Source of the DNA: Klebsiella phage ST16-OXA48phi5.4
Reading direction: 5' to 3' (one strand)
Sequence record: MK416015.1
DNA length: 38,322 bases
In this document: positions 28,559-38,261 of the stretch, piece by piece
How the letters are laid out: each line of letters begins with the position of its first letter
Numbering within the stretch: the first letter of the stretch is position 1
The notes under the pieces: model-generated
Databases searched by the model: none
What the model was told of the DNA's origin: nothing
The model's input: only the letters and a program-made list of their open reading frames with translations
Position numbers and translations under genes: made by a program

Positions 28559-28598
28559 TTGTTGTATGGTATCATGTACTGTAGTATGACATAATTTC
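28559..28598 (+). promoter_or_regulatory. candidate sigma70 promoter for DUF262 cassette (TTGTTG ... TAGTAT / CATAAT)
   Basis: hexamer-like elements 20-50 bp upstream of ATG 28611 in AT-rich leader. Confidence 0.3.
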
Positions 28599-28610
28599 AG
28601 AGGAATTAAA

Positions 28611-29834
28611 ATGGAAGAAAAACATTCGTTAGAAGAAAATGCCATAGCTGTTTCTGAAAGTGACGATCTCGAGATTATCGAGTCTAATCAAGATATAATA
28701 AGTGATGATCCTGTTACAAAGGAAGACATTGAAAATCTTGTAATTTATTCGCGGGATTGGACTATTGAAACAATAATTAGCCAAATAGAATCTGGGAATA
28801 TTGATCTCAACCCTGCTTTTCAAAGGAGAAATGTCTGGGAAAATGATAAGCGTTCTAAGCTAATTGAGTCATTTATTGTAGGGTATCCTGTTCCAGAAGT
28901 TGTTTTGGCTGAAATACCAGGTAAAAAGAAACAATATGTTGTTATTGATGGTAAGCAACGCCTTCTTGCCATTCATGGTTTTTTTAAACCTGAAAATAAA
29001 TATTGGAAAGGTAAGGCTGAGTTAAAAGGATTAACAATTCGTAAAGATTTGGAAGGTGTTTCATTTGATAGATTAGATGGAGATGACCTTAGGCTGTTGA
29101 ATAACTCAGATCTAAGATGCACCATTCTATCAGGATATCAAACAACAGCTGTACTTTACGATGTATTTTATCGTTTAAATACTGGTTCTGTACCTTTGTC
29201 GATGCAAGAACTAAGAAATTCATTACATAAAGGAGATTTTTCTGTTTTCATAACTGAGAAGACTAACTCTGAAATCCCACTGCATGCTATTATGTCATTG
29301 CCAGGTCCAGATAAAAGATTTAAAGATATTGAAGTAATGCTTAAGTTTTTAGCCCTTAACTTTAATAAAGACAAGTATAATGGTAATTTAAAAGTTTTCC
29401 TAGACGGGTTTACAGAATATGCTAATCAATCTTGGTCTTCTAACAATAAACTTATAACCAATGCTTGTGATGAGTTTGATCAGGCGTGTTTATTATTGAT
29501 TGATATTTTTAACACTCCAAAACTAGTCGGTAGAAAATGGGTTCCTATCAAAGATAATTGGGAGTCGAGATTTAATCGATCTGTTTTCGAAGTTTTAGTT
29601 CAGTACGCATTTAATATAATCAAAGATGGCAATTCTGCATTATTTTCCGGTGATAATGAAAAAAATGATTTTATAGAGTGTATAAAACAAGCATTCACAG
29701 GGCAAGAATTTGCAGCCTCTGTATCGACTACGACAAAAACAGTTGAACAACATTCGATAAGATTTAATGTTTTATTTGGCATTTTAAATAGCAAATTTGG
29801 TTTGCATTATACTCTACCTCAGACAATTCAATAA
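28611..29834 (+). CDS. DUF262-domain protein (ParB/Srx-like NTPase domain as in GmrS/SspE/BrxU type IV restriction modules), 407 aa; cargo in P2 Z/fun hotspot
   Basis: signature NPAFQRRNVW ... VVIDGKQRLLAI (DUF262 FQR..W and DGQQR motifs); ~33% GC. Confidence 0.75.
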   Translation: MEEKHSLEENAIAVSESDDLEIIESNQDIISDDPVTKEDIENLVIYSRDWTIETIISQIESGNIDLNPAFQRRNVWENDKRSKLIESFIVGYPVPEVVLAEIPGKKKQYVVIDGKQRLLAIHGFFKPENKYWKGKAELKGLTIRKDLEGVSFDRLDGDDLRLLNNSDLRCTILSGYQTTAVLYDVFYRLNTGSVPLSMQELRNSLHKGDFSVFITEKTNSEIPLHAIMSLPGPDKRFKDIEVMLKFLALNFNKDKYNGNLKVFLDGFTEYANQSWSSNNKLITNACDEFDQACLLLIDIFNTPKLVGRKWVPIKDNWESRFNRSVFEVLVQYAFNIIKDGNSALFSGDNEKNDFIECIKQAFTGQEFAASVSTTTKTVEQHSIRFNVLFGILNSKFGLHYTLPQTIQ

Positions 29835-29851
29835 TAAAATGAGAGGGCGAA

Positions 29852-30514
29852 ATGGACTATTCAGTTGATATAATGAAAGCCTTCGATACTCTGGTTAGAG
29901 TAAATACGAATCTTTACAATAGATATATATTACCACATATAGGCGTTGTAGACTCAACTGATGAGGTGTTTTCCTTAGACGTTAAATCATATTTAATATT
30001 GTTGCATGCAGCCATTGAGGACTACATAGAAGGAATCAGTGTCTTCACTAGTAATGCAGCTTGCGAGCTATTCAAAAATGAAGGCAAAATAACCTTGCCA
30101 CTTATGTTTTTGTTTGCAAAAAGTAAATCATTCAAAGACAGAGTATCCGATAAAAAATTATCAGAAGAATTACATGACTCTCCGCGAGATTTTATGGTTA
30201 GTTCGTTGGGGGATATTAACGCAAATGCAGTTGCAGGTGCGATTGATAATAATGGAATAAATGTCAGGTATCTCAATAATCTTTTGCAACATTGTGGCAT
30301 TAATTTTGATGTGTCTGAAAATGATTTTATTAGTTGGAAAAGTTTAGCTGACTATAGAGGTGATTATGCTCATGCAGTGGTATTTAATCATGGCAAAAAG
30401 CCTAAGGCGACAAAGCTTATATCACCAGAGGATGCTAGAGATCTAGGTAATGATTGCATCAGATTTTCGGAAAAGATAAGAGATGAAGCATTAAGTAGTT
30501 TAGGTTTAAATTAG
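29852..30514 (+). CDS. 220-aa partner protein with HEPN-like Rx4H motif (YRGDYAHAV) near C-terminus
   Basis: follows DUF262 gene by 17 bp, same strand, same low GC; R-x4-H motif; assignment is inference. Confidence 0.6.
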   Translation: MDYSVDIMKAFDTLVRVNTNLYNRYILPHIGVVDSTDEVFSLDVKSYLILLHAAIEDYIEGISVFTSNAACELFKNEGKITLPLMFLFAKSKSFKDRVSDKKLSEELHDSPRDFMVSSLGDINANAVAGAIDNNGINVRYLNNLLQHCGINFDVSENDFISWKSLADYRGDYAHAVVFNHGKKPKATKLISPEDARDLGNDCIRFSEKIRDEALSSLGLN

Positions 30515-30523
30515 AGGCTTATA

Positions 30524-30552
30524 AGGCGAAAGAATTAGTTTCGCCTTTTTTC
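30524..30552 (+). terminator. rho-independent terminator after cargo cassette (AAGGCGAAA-loop-TTTCGCCTT + T5)
   Basis: 9-bp perfect stem followed by TTTTTT. Confidence 0.75.
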
Positions 30553-30977
30553 ATTCTTTCAGTGTAATAGTGGTGAAATATATATTTTAAAATGTTTGGT
30601 TTTTTTAACAACCAGCTTACTCTTGCTATTCGTGGTCGCTACCAATTTGGCAGAGTTCTTCGAAGTAAATATATAGACTATGCATGATTTGTCTTTTGGT
30701 TGCTGGATATATCTCACTTCATTTGTAAGTTTTTTTTGCTAACCTTAATTATGGGGTGGTGTGATTTTTGTTGACCGATGTGTAAAAATGTTTGTGTTTT
30801 TAGAAGCTGTGGTAATTGTAAGTATTCAGTGTTTGCAGATTATTGGATTCTATCTATTTGGAGTGGGAATAATCTCTATGGTCAGGTCTGAGCTTATGTG
30901 AAATACGTTCAGTAATGACTGTTTTTGTCTATGTCTAGTACCATAATAATTATTTTCTGCATTGAATATGAGGTCAC

Positions 30978-31451
30978 CTAGCGTATTTTAGTTACATCTG
31001 ATACCGTTTTGGCTCCATCCTTCAGTATTGCCATCATGTCGCTGACGGAAGAACTATGCAACCTCTCCCTGATATCCTCATCAACCCGCTGCAACGAGAG
31101 TGTGAACTCTATTTTTTTAGCTTTACCGTAACGATCCAACTCCTGATGCGTCTCCTGTAAACCCGTGATGACATACATCCCGTAAATCGAGCCAACCCCA
31201 TCAATCAACGGCCAGGCAAGCCCGGTGTAAGCCATTGTCGAGACCGCACCCAAAGACAGGTTGTCTCCAGTGATTTCAGGGTACAGCAGCCCACCCAACG
31301 TCAACTGGTTCTCGCCGGCGCCAACGTACTGCCATTTTGCGCTCCGGCCCACCCGGTCATTCTTAACGTGCCGCCAGTTACGTGACAGCTGCAATTGCTG
31401 ATAGGGCAGCGTCCTGAGTTCAAATACAAAGAGACCGAATACCATCATCAT
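30978..31451 (-). CDS. U: tail protein gpU
   Basis: MMMVFGLFVF...WQYVGAGENQLTLGGLLYPEITG matches P2 gpU. Confidence 0.9.
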   Translation of the reverse strand: MMMVFGLFVFELRTLPYQQLQLSRNWRHVKNDRVGRSAKWQYVGAGENQLTLGGLLYPEITGDNLSLGAVSTMAYTGLAWPLIDGVGSIYGMYVITGLQETHQELDRYGKAKKIEFTLSLQRVDEDIRERLHSSSVSDMMAILKDGAKTVSDVTKIR

Positions 31452-31466
31452 AGTTATTACTCCTAA

Positions 31467-34442
31467 TTAATCGTTATCCCGGAACGAACCCCGGGCAGCG
31501 CGTTGCTTTTTATCAATTTCCGCGCGGACAGCCTCGCCAACAAGTCGCGCCAGTTCGCGCGGATTGTTGCTCTGAATGCCGTGCAGATGGACGTGAATAT
31601 CACCGGGAAAACTACCACCTGAAGCTGTAGCCGCCGTGTGGGTGCTTTGATTTCGGCGTACCGGTTGCCATGCCTGCGTCTGTTTTATCGATGGCTCGCC
31701 AGCGGCAATAACCGGGCGAGCGCTGACAGACTGGCGGACAAGCTTCGACTCCTGCCATTCACCACGTACTGCAAGGGCTGGAGGGAGATTTTTAAATACA
31801 ATGTCACCCGGCCCGATACGTTTGCGTTTTTCCTCATCTAAAAGGCCTTTGGTGTTATCCGCGATTTGGCCCAGCCGCCGCTCTGTTCCAGAGTTGCCCC
31901 CGAGCACATTGGGCGGCGGGGCGCTGCCTTTGCTTGCAGGCTTTTCAGATGACCATTGCCACTCCCTTTTAACCATGCGCCCGGATTTTTCATCCCATTC
32001 CCACATAACCGGAATAGCCCTGAGTCTGGCCGCTTCCAACCTGGCTCTTTCAATGCCATCGGGGATGAGATCGAGCTTCTCCAGTAACCAGCCGACGCCT
32101 TCCATTAACTTCTGAAGCGGCCAAAGCAGAACGCTAAGTGCGGTCCCCAGGACTTCGCCAAAAGTCTGCCCGGCGCTGGCGCATTTGTTTAGCGCCTCGC
32201 GACTCTCCTCAACGGGCGTTAATACTTTTTTAAACCAGTTCCAGACGTTTTTGACGCCATCCCCAATGACCCCGAAAACGGGCGCCAGCCGGGAAAATGC
32301 GTTATAAACTGGCGCTAACCCCTGGATGACGCCTGTAAAAAAACCGCTAAAGAAGGCCTTAATTGGTCCCCAGTATTTCCAGATCAGTACTCCCGCAGCT
32401 ACAAACGCAGCACCCACTAAACCGATTGGGCTCAAGAGCATTGATAATCCGCCGCCCAGTGCAGCAATACCGCCTTTTACAATGCCGAAGAGAGCAGGGA
32501 TCCCGGTTAGCCGCAATGCCAGCCCGCCAATGCTTTTTGACAGGGCGCTGATAGCAGTCCCCAGAGAGGTAAAGGCACCAAGTAACGCACCGCGCAGGGG
32601 TACCATCATTCTGGTTAATACGCCGATGCGTCCTGCCAGGCCGCTGAGTAAAGCACGCCATCCGCTAATTTTTACCAGTGAGCTACCGCCCGCAGCACTC
32701 AACATGCGGAACGCTGATACCGTACCTCCGATTCCGCTCCCGCCGGACAGCAGCGCAAACCCCAGTCTGAGCTTCGCCAGCGGACCTATCAGCAGACCAG
32801 CAGCTAATGACATACCGCCAATTACTGCGGTCAGTGCCAGTACAGTCCCGCCGGCGAGTAACAACGTTTGTGAAAGTCTGGGGTTTTCTTCTACCCAGCT
32901 TTGAACAGTGCCAATAACCCGGCTAAGCCCCTGTGTCAGTCTGCGCAATGGGCCGTCCACTGTCTCAGCTACAGAAATGCGGAACGCCTCCCACGCGCTG
33001 TCCAGCTCCTTCAAATCGCCGCCAAGGTTGTCTTTTTTCTTGTTAGCGACGGCGAAGGCCTCCTGATTTTTATGCGCTTCAGCAATTTGTCCATAGAGTG
33101 ACTGGAGGTAGCCATCACCTGCGCCGTTGACCAAAGACTGGAGACTCGTAAAACCCTCTTCTCCGGCGATATCTTTGAAAAATGAAACCTGATCCACCTC
33201 GCCAAAGCGGGAAACGCGTTTTTGTAGATCGAGAAGAATATCGAACGGACGTCGCATTTTTCCGCTCGCGTCGGCAGTTTCCACTCCCAGCTCTTTGAGT
33301 GCCTTTTTGGCTGCCGTAGTAGGGGAGGCCAGGCGGGAGAGGGAGCGACGCATTGCAGTACCGGCCTCGCTACCGCGAATACCCACGCGCGCCAGCGTGC
33401 CGGTCATCGCTGCGGCTTCTTCCAGGCTAATCCCTAGTCCCGCGGCTACCGGTCCGACAACTTTCATTGTCTCGCCGAGGCTGCTAAGCGTGGTGTTGGT
33501 ACGGGTAAATGTACCTGTCAGCACATCGCTGACGCGGTCCATTTCCCCGGCATCGAGGGCGAACTGTGAAAGAATATTTGAGCCGATGTCTGCCGTTTCA
33601 CCCAATTCCATACTGCCCGCTAGTGCCATATTGAGTACGCCGGGCAGTGCGGCACGGATAGCATCTGGCGTGAAGCCCGCCATTGCCAGAAAGGCCTGGC
33701 CGCTGGCGGCGTGACGTGTGGTGAAGGCGGTTTCAGCACCGAGTTTTTTTGCCTGAGTGCGCAAGGCGGCCAGCTGCGAATCGCTTTTATCGAGTCGCGT
33801 CAGCGCCTGGACGTTTGACATTTCCTCATCAAAACCAACCGCAGGCGACAGGAAGCGTCCGGCGCCATACCCGGTAGCGGTTGCTGTACCTAATGCTATG
33901 GCACCACCAGAGCGCAACTTCCCGGCCATCTGCTGTGCACCCTCGTAACGTTTACGAGCTTGAGTGACCGCAGCAAGTTGCCGTTTTTCCCGTTCAAGGG
34001 ATTGGTTGTATTGTTCTGTGCGGCGTATCGCGTTACCGATGGTGGCGCTACTACCGGAAAGCATGACGCCATGCTGGCGCAGGGCTGATGCACTCTCACG
34101 GAGGCGGGCCACTTCCGTCACGCGTTTTGCGGTCAACCGATCAAGCCGCTCACCCAATCGGGACATCAGTATTTGCTGTTTTTCCGTCAGAGTTCCGTTT
34201 TTACGTTGCGCTTCTGACAAGCCATCAAAGCGGGCACGGGCACGTGAGATGGAACGGTCGGTTTTGCCGACGGCCGCGGTCATTCGCTGAAAAGTGGCAC
34301 TGCTCTTATCGAGTCCTTTCAGGGTGGATTGTGTTTTTCTGAGGGAGTCGGATAGGCCGCCCGCACTCTGGCGGGCAGCATTAACGGGGCGGGTAAATCT
34401 GTTGATCGCGCTGAAAGCAACGCGGATATCAAGGCTCTTCAT
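31467..34442 (-). CDS. T: tail tape-measure protein gpT (ATG at 34442; ORF track alternative GTG 34454)
   Basis: ~990 aa, Ala/Gly-rich helical, position between E' and U. Confidence 0.88.
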   Translation of the reverse strand: MKSLDIRVAFSAINRFTRPVNAARQSAGGLSDSLRKTQSTLKGLDKSSATFQRMTAAVGKTDRSISRARARFDGLSEAQRKNGTLTEKQQILMSRLGERLDRLTAKRVTEVARLRESASALRQHGVMLSGSSATIGNAIRRTEQYNQSLEREKRQLAAVTQARKRYEGAQQMAGKLRSGGAIALGTATATGYGAGRFLSPAVGFDEEMSNVQALTRLDKSDSQLAALRTQAKKLGAETAFTTRHAASGQAFLAMAGFTPDAIRAALPGVLNMALAGSMELGETADIGSNILSQFALDAGEMDRVSDVLTGTFTRTNTTLSSLGETMKVVGPVAAGLGISLEEAAAMTGTLARVGIRGSEAGTAMRRSLSRLASPTTAAKKALKELGVETADASGKMRRPFDILLDLQKRVSRFGEVDQVSFFKDIAGEEGFTSLQSLVNGAGDGYLQSLYGQIAEAHKNQEAFAVANKKKDNLGGDLKELDSAWEAFRISVAETVDGPLRRLTQGLSRVIGTVQSWVEENPRLSQTLLLAGGTVLALTAVIGGMSLAAGLLIGPLAKLRLGFALLSGGSGIGGTVSAFRMLSAAGGSSLVKISGWRALLSGLAGRIGVLTRMMVPLRGALLGAFTSLGTAISALSKSIGGLALRLTGIPALFGIVKGGIAALGGGLSMLLSPIGLVGAAFVAAGVLIWKYWGPIKAFFSGFFTGVIQGLAPVYNAFSRLAPVFGVIGDGVKNVWNWFKKVLTPVEESREALNKCASAGQTFGEVLGTALSVLLWPLQKLMEGVGWLLEKLDLIPDGIERARLEAARLRAIPVMWEWDEKSGRMVKREWQWSSEKPASKGSAPPPNVLGGNSGTERRLGQIADNTKGLLDEEKRKRIGPGDIVFKNLPPALAVRGEWQESKLVRQSVSARPVIAAGEPSIKQTQAWQPVRRNQSTHTAATASGGSFPGDIHVHLHGIQSNNPRELARLVGEAVRAEIDKKQRAARGSFRDND

Positions 34443-34904
34443 CACTGGCACCACTTCGAAGCGCCGCCCGCTTGCGCCAGGCTATCACCTCGCCAAGATC
34501 CATGCCGAAAACTTCAGAGGGCGGCCAGTTAAAAATAACGGCAATATCAGCAACCAGATCGTCTATCTGGTCAAACGCAACGGTGATTACTCGCTCTCCG
34601 TCTCCGCCACGTTCGACGCTCCAGGCTCCGGCGGATTCAAGAAAGGGACCAGAAGCTCTGCCAGCCCGATAAAGTCCAGGGTGTGCATTTCGTTGATTTC
34701 TTTTTGTGTCAGCGCAGGCGCGGTGACTCGCGTCAACAGCGTGGCAATTGAGTCTGCATCCATATTGGCAACGCGGATAAGATTCAGGCCGCGCAACGAT
34801 CCGGCCTGACTGATGGCGCCAGTGATTTCCACCTGACCGATCTCACTGTCTTTACGAACTACCGGCTGCATCAGCGTGAACAGGTTTTTAGTTTTTTTAG
34901 CCAT
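34429..34904 (-). CDS. E: tail assembly chaperones gpE (34587-34904) and gpE+E' produced by -1 frameshift at slippery heptamer C CCT TTC (minus-strand, 34641-34647); E' ends 34429 overlapping T start
   Basis: canonical X XXY YYZ heptamer in E frame; -1 frame stays open ~72 codons and terminates just inside T start, as in P2 E/E'. Confidence 0.7.
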
Positions 34905-34949
34905 GTTTAAAATCTCCGGGCGGCATCGTTGCCACCCTCTTAAAGGTTA

Positions 34950-35465
34950 TCAATTGCCCATGCCAAGGGCAGAGGTGATGCGGTCCGGGAACATGTTCTG
35001 ACCGTTCTTTTTGTAGATGAAATTCAGCAGATCGATTTCGATAATGGGCTGATCATCTATGGAGAATTTGTAGTAGGTGGATTTAAAGGTGTAGCTTTCC
35101 TCGGTGTCTTCTCCCTGTTTTGAATCTCCACCGTCGAGTTCAGTAAATCGCCCGCGCAGCTCCACCTCGACAAGCTGGCTTTCGCCATCAGTGAAATATT
35201 CACCCGCAAAGCGCAGCCGCGTGCCGTCAATTTCTGCTCCGTATTCGAGAAACAGAGCCTTAATGACGCCGCCAAAAACAATGGTGGAATCCAGCGCGCC
35301 AGCCTCAAGGCCGAGATCAACACCGACCGCACCCAGCATGCCACCGCCCTGATAGTCCTCTACCTTTCGTGACAGTTTGGGGCGAGTGAAAGAGGTCACT
35401 TTTCCCAGATAGTTGTCGCCGTTAACAAAGCAGCTAAAAAGCCGCAGTTTGTGAGGAATAGCCAT
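34950..35465 (-). CDS. FII: tail tube protein gpFII
   Basis: 171 aa equal to P2 FII, position. Confidence 0.9.
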   Translation of the reverse strand: MAIPHKLRLFSCFVNGDNYLGKVTSFTRPKLSRKVEDYQGGGMLGAVGVDLGLEAGALDSTIVFGGVIKALFLEYGAEIDGTRLRFAGEYFTDGESQLVEVELRGRFTELDGGDSKQGEDTEESYTFKSTYYKFSIDDQPIIEIDLLNFIYKKNGQNMFPDRITSALGMGN

Positions 35466-36637
35466 TATTCACCCCCGAGCGACGCGAACGCCGGTTCGTA
35501 AAAATCATCAGTAAAGGTCTGGTATAGCGTCAGATCTTCAAGCGGTGGGACCGGGCTGTAGCTATAGCGCACAATCAGTTTTCCCTGGCGCAAATCCGTG
35601 GTGCCGTTATCCAGCGTGTCATACCAGCAGTCAGCGCCGATAAGCTGGCCGGCAGTGACTTTTTTGCTGAGAGCAGAGCGGATGCCGCTTACCACATCTT
35701 TCACGTTGGCCGGAGTGAGCGGGCTGTCAACAGAGGTAAATTGCGCCTCCGCAATACTGTCCGCCAGGATCTGCGCGGTACGGGTAAACACCTCAAAAGT
35801 GTAGGTTTCGGTGTCCGTGGTGCGGTTACCCCAGAAGCGGAAACCGTCACGCTTGATAAGCGTCGTGATTTCGTTGTTGTTCAGCTCGTTAGCGTCGCTG
35901 TCTTCTGCCTGCAATGCCCAGAACACATCTTTCGAAATACCCAGAACGTTATTCACCACAACATTCGACAGCGATTTGTGCCAGCCCTGGCTGTTATCGA
36001 TAGCGGCGCGCAGGCCGCAGGCGTAAGCCGGGGCAGGAAACGTTTCGTTATCATCCGTCAGGGGGTTGTAAGCGATGAAGTCCGGCCAGATCAGCATCAG
36101 CTCGCGGTAAGCGAAGGTTTTGCGATAAGCAATAGCCTCCGCCATGGTCGCGCAGCCGTTACAACCGGCATAAACAAAAGCCCGAAGATTCTGGGCAATC
36201 ACGCAAAGCTGTGACGTTACCTCCTCGGTGTCGTAGTCCGGTACCGCCAGGATGCGCGGACGATAGCCGGTTTTGGCTTCCGCCGTCAGCAGGGCATACA
36301 TTCCCGTATAGCTGTCGCCATCTGTTCCGCCAATAACGGCCTGGGACTGGCTGGCACCGTTACCGGAAGCCTCTTTCACCCGGACAATTACAACGCGCGA
36401 GCTGCACTGATCGGAAATGGCTTTGAGAGCTTTGTAAAGTGACCCGGTTTTACCTGCCTTGCCGAGGACGTTACGCACCCGAGTCAGCAGAACCGGCGTA
36501 TTGAGCGGGAAGGTTTCCGGATCGGCGTCATCAGCAACCGCGACAATACCGATCACGCTGGAATCAATGTCATTGATTGCCTGCTGTAGGTCGGTATTTT
36601 CGCGAGAGCGGACGCCGTGAAAACGAGTTTCAGACAT
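35465..36637 (-). CDS. FI: tail sheath protein gpFI (ATG 36637, MSETRFHGV...; ORF track extends spuriously to 36946)
   Basis: multiple conserved blocks matching P2 FI (RELM.IWPDF, GWHK.LSNV, RDGFRFWGNRT, VPPLE.LT). Confidence 0.92.
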   Translation of the reverse strand: MSETRFHGVRSRENTDLQQAINDIDSSVIGIVAVADDADPETFPLNTPVLLTRVRNVLGKAGKTGSLYKALKAISDQCSSRVVIVRVKEASGNGASQSQAVIGGTDGDSYTGMYALLTAEAKTGYRPRILAVPDYDTEEVTSQLCVIAQNLRAFVYAGCNGCATMAEAIAYRKTFAYRELMLIWPDFIAYNPLTDDNETFPAPAYACGLRAAIDNSQGWHKSLSNVVVNNVLGISKDVFWALQAEDSDANELNNNEITTLIKRDGFRFWGNRTTDTETYTFEVFTRTAQILADSIAEAQFTSVDSPLTPANVKDVVSGIRSALSKKVTAGQLIGADCWYDTLDNGTTDLRQGKLIVRYSYSPVPPLEDLTLYQTFTDDFYEPAFASLGGE

Positions 36638-36713
36638 AAGTTCACCATCATGTTGCTCTTTGAGTTCAGGGCCATATTCAACGTTAAGTCTGCTGGCGTC
36701 GCCTGGTTGCCGG

Positions 36714-36738
36714 TCTGCCCGTTCGCTGACAACAAAAA
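36714..36738 (+). promoter_or_regulatory. second Ogr-type late promoter site TCT-N12-ACA + ACAAAAA in FI/D divergent region
   Basis: TCTGCCCGTTCGCTGACAACAAAAA, 19/24 identical to site at 15682. Confidence 0.55.
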
Positions 36739-36791
36739 GGGATTCAGCCCCGCGCGCGGGCATGGAATCATCAGCAAAAAACGGGGGAGTT

Positions 36792-37931
36792 ATGTCGATA
36801 GCAGACACGCTAACAACAGCAGCCGAAGGGTATTTAGAAAAATTAAGTGAGGTCGTAAAGACACCGGATTTTAGTATCACGTTGGGTGGGGTCGCCCTGA
36901 CTGAACTGGCCGACCGCATCACCTCGCTATCTGTTACAGATAACAACGGTTTTGATGCTGATCAGCTAACTTTGTCAGTAGATGACTCCGACGGAGTAAC
37001 GGATTTACCCCCACGCGGTGCGGAGCTGGCGGTGTCCATCGGCTGGCTGGGTGAGGCGTTGATCTACAAAGGTCTCTACACCGTTGACGAGGTGGGGCAT
37101 AGCGGGCCGCCGGATGTAATCGACATCACCGCGCACAGCGCTGATTTTCGCGAAGAGATGAACGTCAGGCGGGAGGTGTCCTGGCATGATGTGACGGTAG
37201 AGCGGGTGGTATCGGCCATAGCCCGGCGTTATGACCTGAAGCCGATGATTAGCGAGGCCCTGATCGACATTGAGATCGACCATGCGGATCAGACCGAAGA
37301 GAGCGACATGTCGTTTTTAACGCGCATGGCGGAGATGTTGGGGGCCATTGCCACCGTGAAAAATGGCTGTCTGCTGTTTATCCTGCCTGGGGGCGGCGTC
37401 AGTGCATCCGGTAGGGCGCTGCCATCGGCTGAGATAACCCGTGCCAGCGGAGATCGTCACAGGTTCCGCATTGCCGATCGTGATGCTTACACTGGTGTGC
37501 GGGCGTACTGGCTGGATCTTAATTTCGGCAAGAAAAAACCGGTCAAGGTCACTAAGCGCAAAACAAATACTGCCAGAAAAAAGGCTGAGGAGAAAAGCAG
37601 CCGGCCGGAGGGGGATTACTTGGAAGGCGCTGAAGGTAACGTGTATGTTTTGCGTAAAACCTATCAGAACGAAACGGCGGCCAGGCGCGCAGCTGCGGCA
37701 AAATGGATACAACTCCAGAAAGGCGCAGCACAGTTTTCGATAACCCTGGCGCGCGGCCGCGCCGATTTATACCCGGGTATGCATCTGACCGTGTCGGGCT
37801 TTAAGCCTGAAATCGATACTCAGGATTGGATCATTGCCAGAGCGGAACATGTAATCGGTGATAACGGATTTACCACGAAAATGGAGCTTGAAGCGAAAAT
37901 AAGCGACTGGATTGCAGAAACTGAACAGTAG
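36792..37931 (+). CDS. D: tail protein gpD (late control D family); ATG 36792 after GGGGAG
   Basis: 380 aa, phage_GPD-like sequence, SD; ORF track start 36660 is upstream alternative. Confidence 0.9.
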   Translation: MSIADTLTTAAEGYLEKLSEVVKTPDFSITLGGVALTELADRITSLSVTDNNGFDADQLTLSVDDSDGVTDLPPRGAELAVSIGWLGEALIYKGLYTVDEVGHSGPPDVIDITAHSADFREEMNVRREVSWHDVTVERVVSAIARRYDLKPMISEALIDIEIDHADQTEESDMSFLTRMAEMLGAIATVKNGCLLFILPGGGVSASGRALPSAEITRASGDRHRFRIADRDAYTGVRAYWLDLNFGKKKPVKVTKRKTNTARKKAEEKSSRPEGDYLEGAEGNVYVLRKTYQNETAARRAAAAKWIQLQKGAAQFSITLARGRADLYPGMHLTVSGFKPEIDTQDWIIARAEHVIGDNGFTTKMELEAKISDWIAETEQ

Positions 37932-37974
37932 CGGCCATAATAGCCGTGAGTTCAACTCCCTATGGGAGATCATC

Positions 37975-38226
37975 ATGTTTGTTTGTCCCTACTGCGGCGC
38001 AAACGCCCGCACCCGCACCAGCCGCCGGTTAAGCGAGTTCACCATCCGGCAATATCATCAATGCCAGAATCTTGAATGCAGCGAGTCATTCACGACACTT
38101 AACACCGTAGAGCGCAGAGTAACGAAGCGCTCAACCAGCGCAGATCCTTTGCCGCCAGGATTTATCCCCGGCGATGCTTTCCCGGCTTCTCATTACGGGA
38201 ACAGTCAACTTAGTCTTGCAGTATAA
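37975..38226 (+). CDS. ogr: late gene transcriptional activator Ogr (zinc-finger, CxxC...CxxC)
   Basis: MFVCPYCGANARTRTSR....YHQCQNLECS matches Ogr/Delta family; GGGAGA SD. Confidence 0.92.
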   Translation: MFVCPYCGANARTRTSRRLSEFTIRQYHQCQNLECSESFTTLNTVERRVTKRSTSADPLPPGFIPGDAFPASHYGNSQLSLAV

Positions 38227-38230
38227 AAAT

Positions 38231-38250
38231 AGCCCCCTGGAAAGGGGGCT
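38231..38250 (+). terminator. hairpin AGCCCCCT-GGAA-AGGGGGCT after ogr (terminator-like, weak U tract)
   Basis: perfect 8-bp GC-rich stem 4 nt after ogr stop. Confidence 0.6.
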
Positions 38251-38261
38251 ATTCTTGTCAA

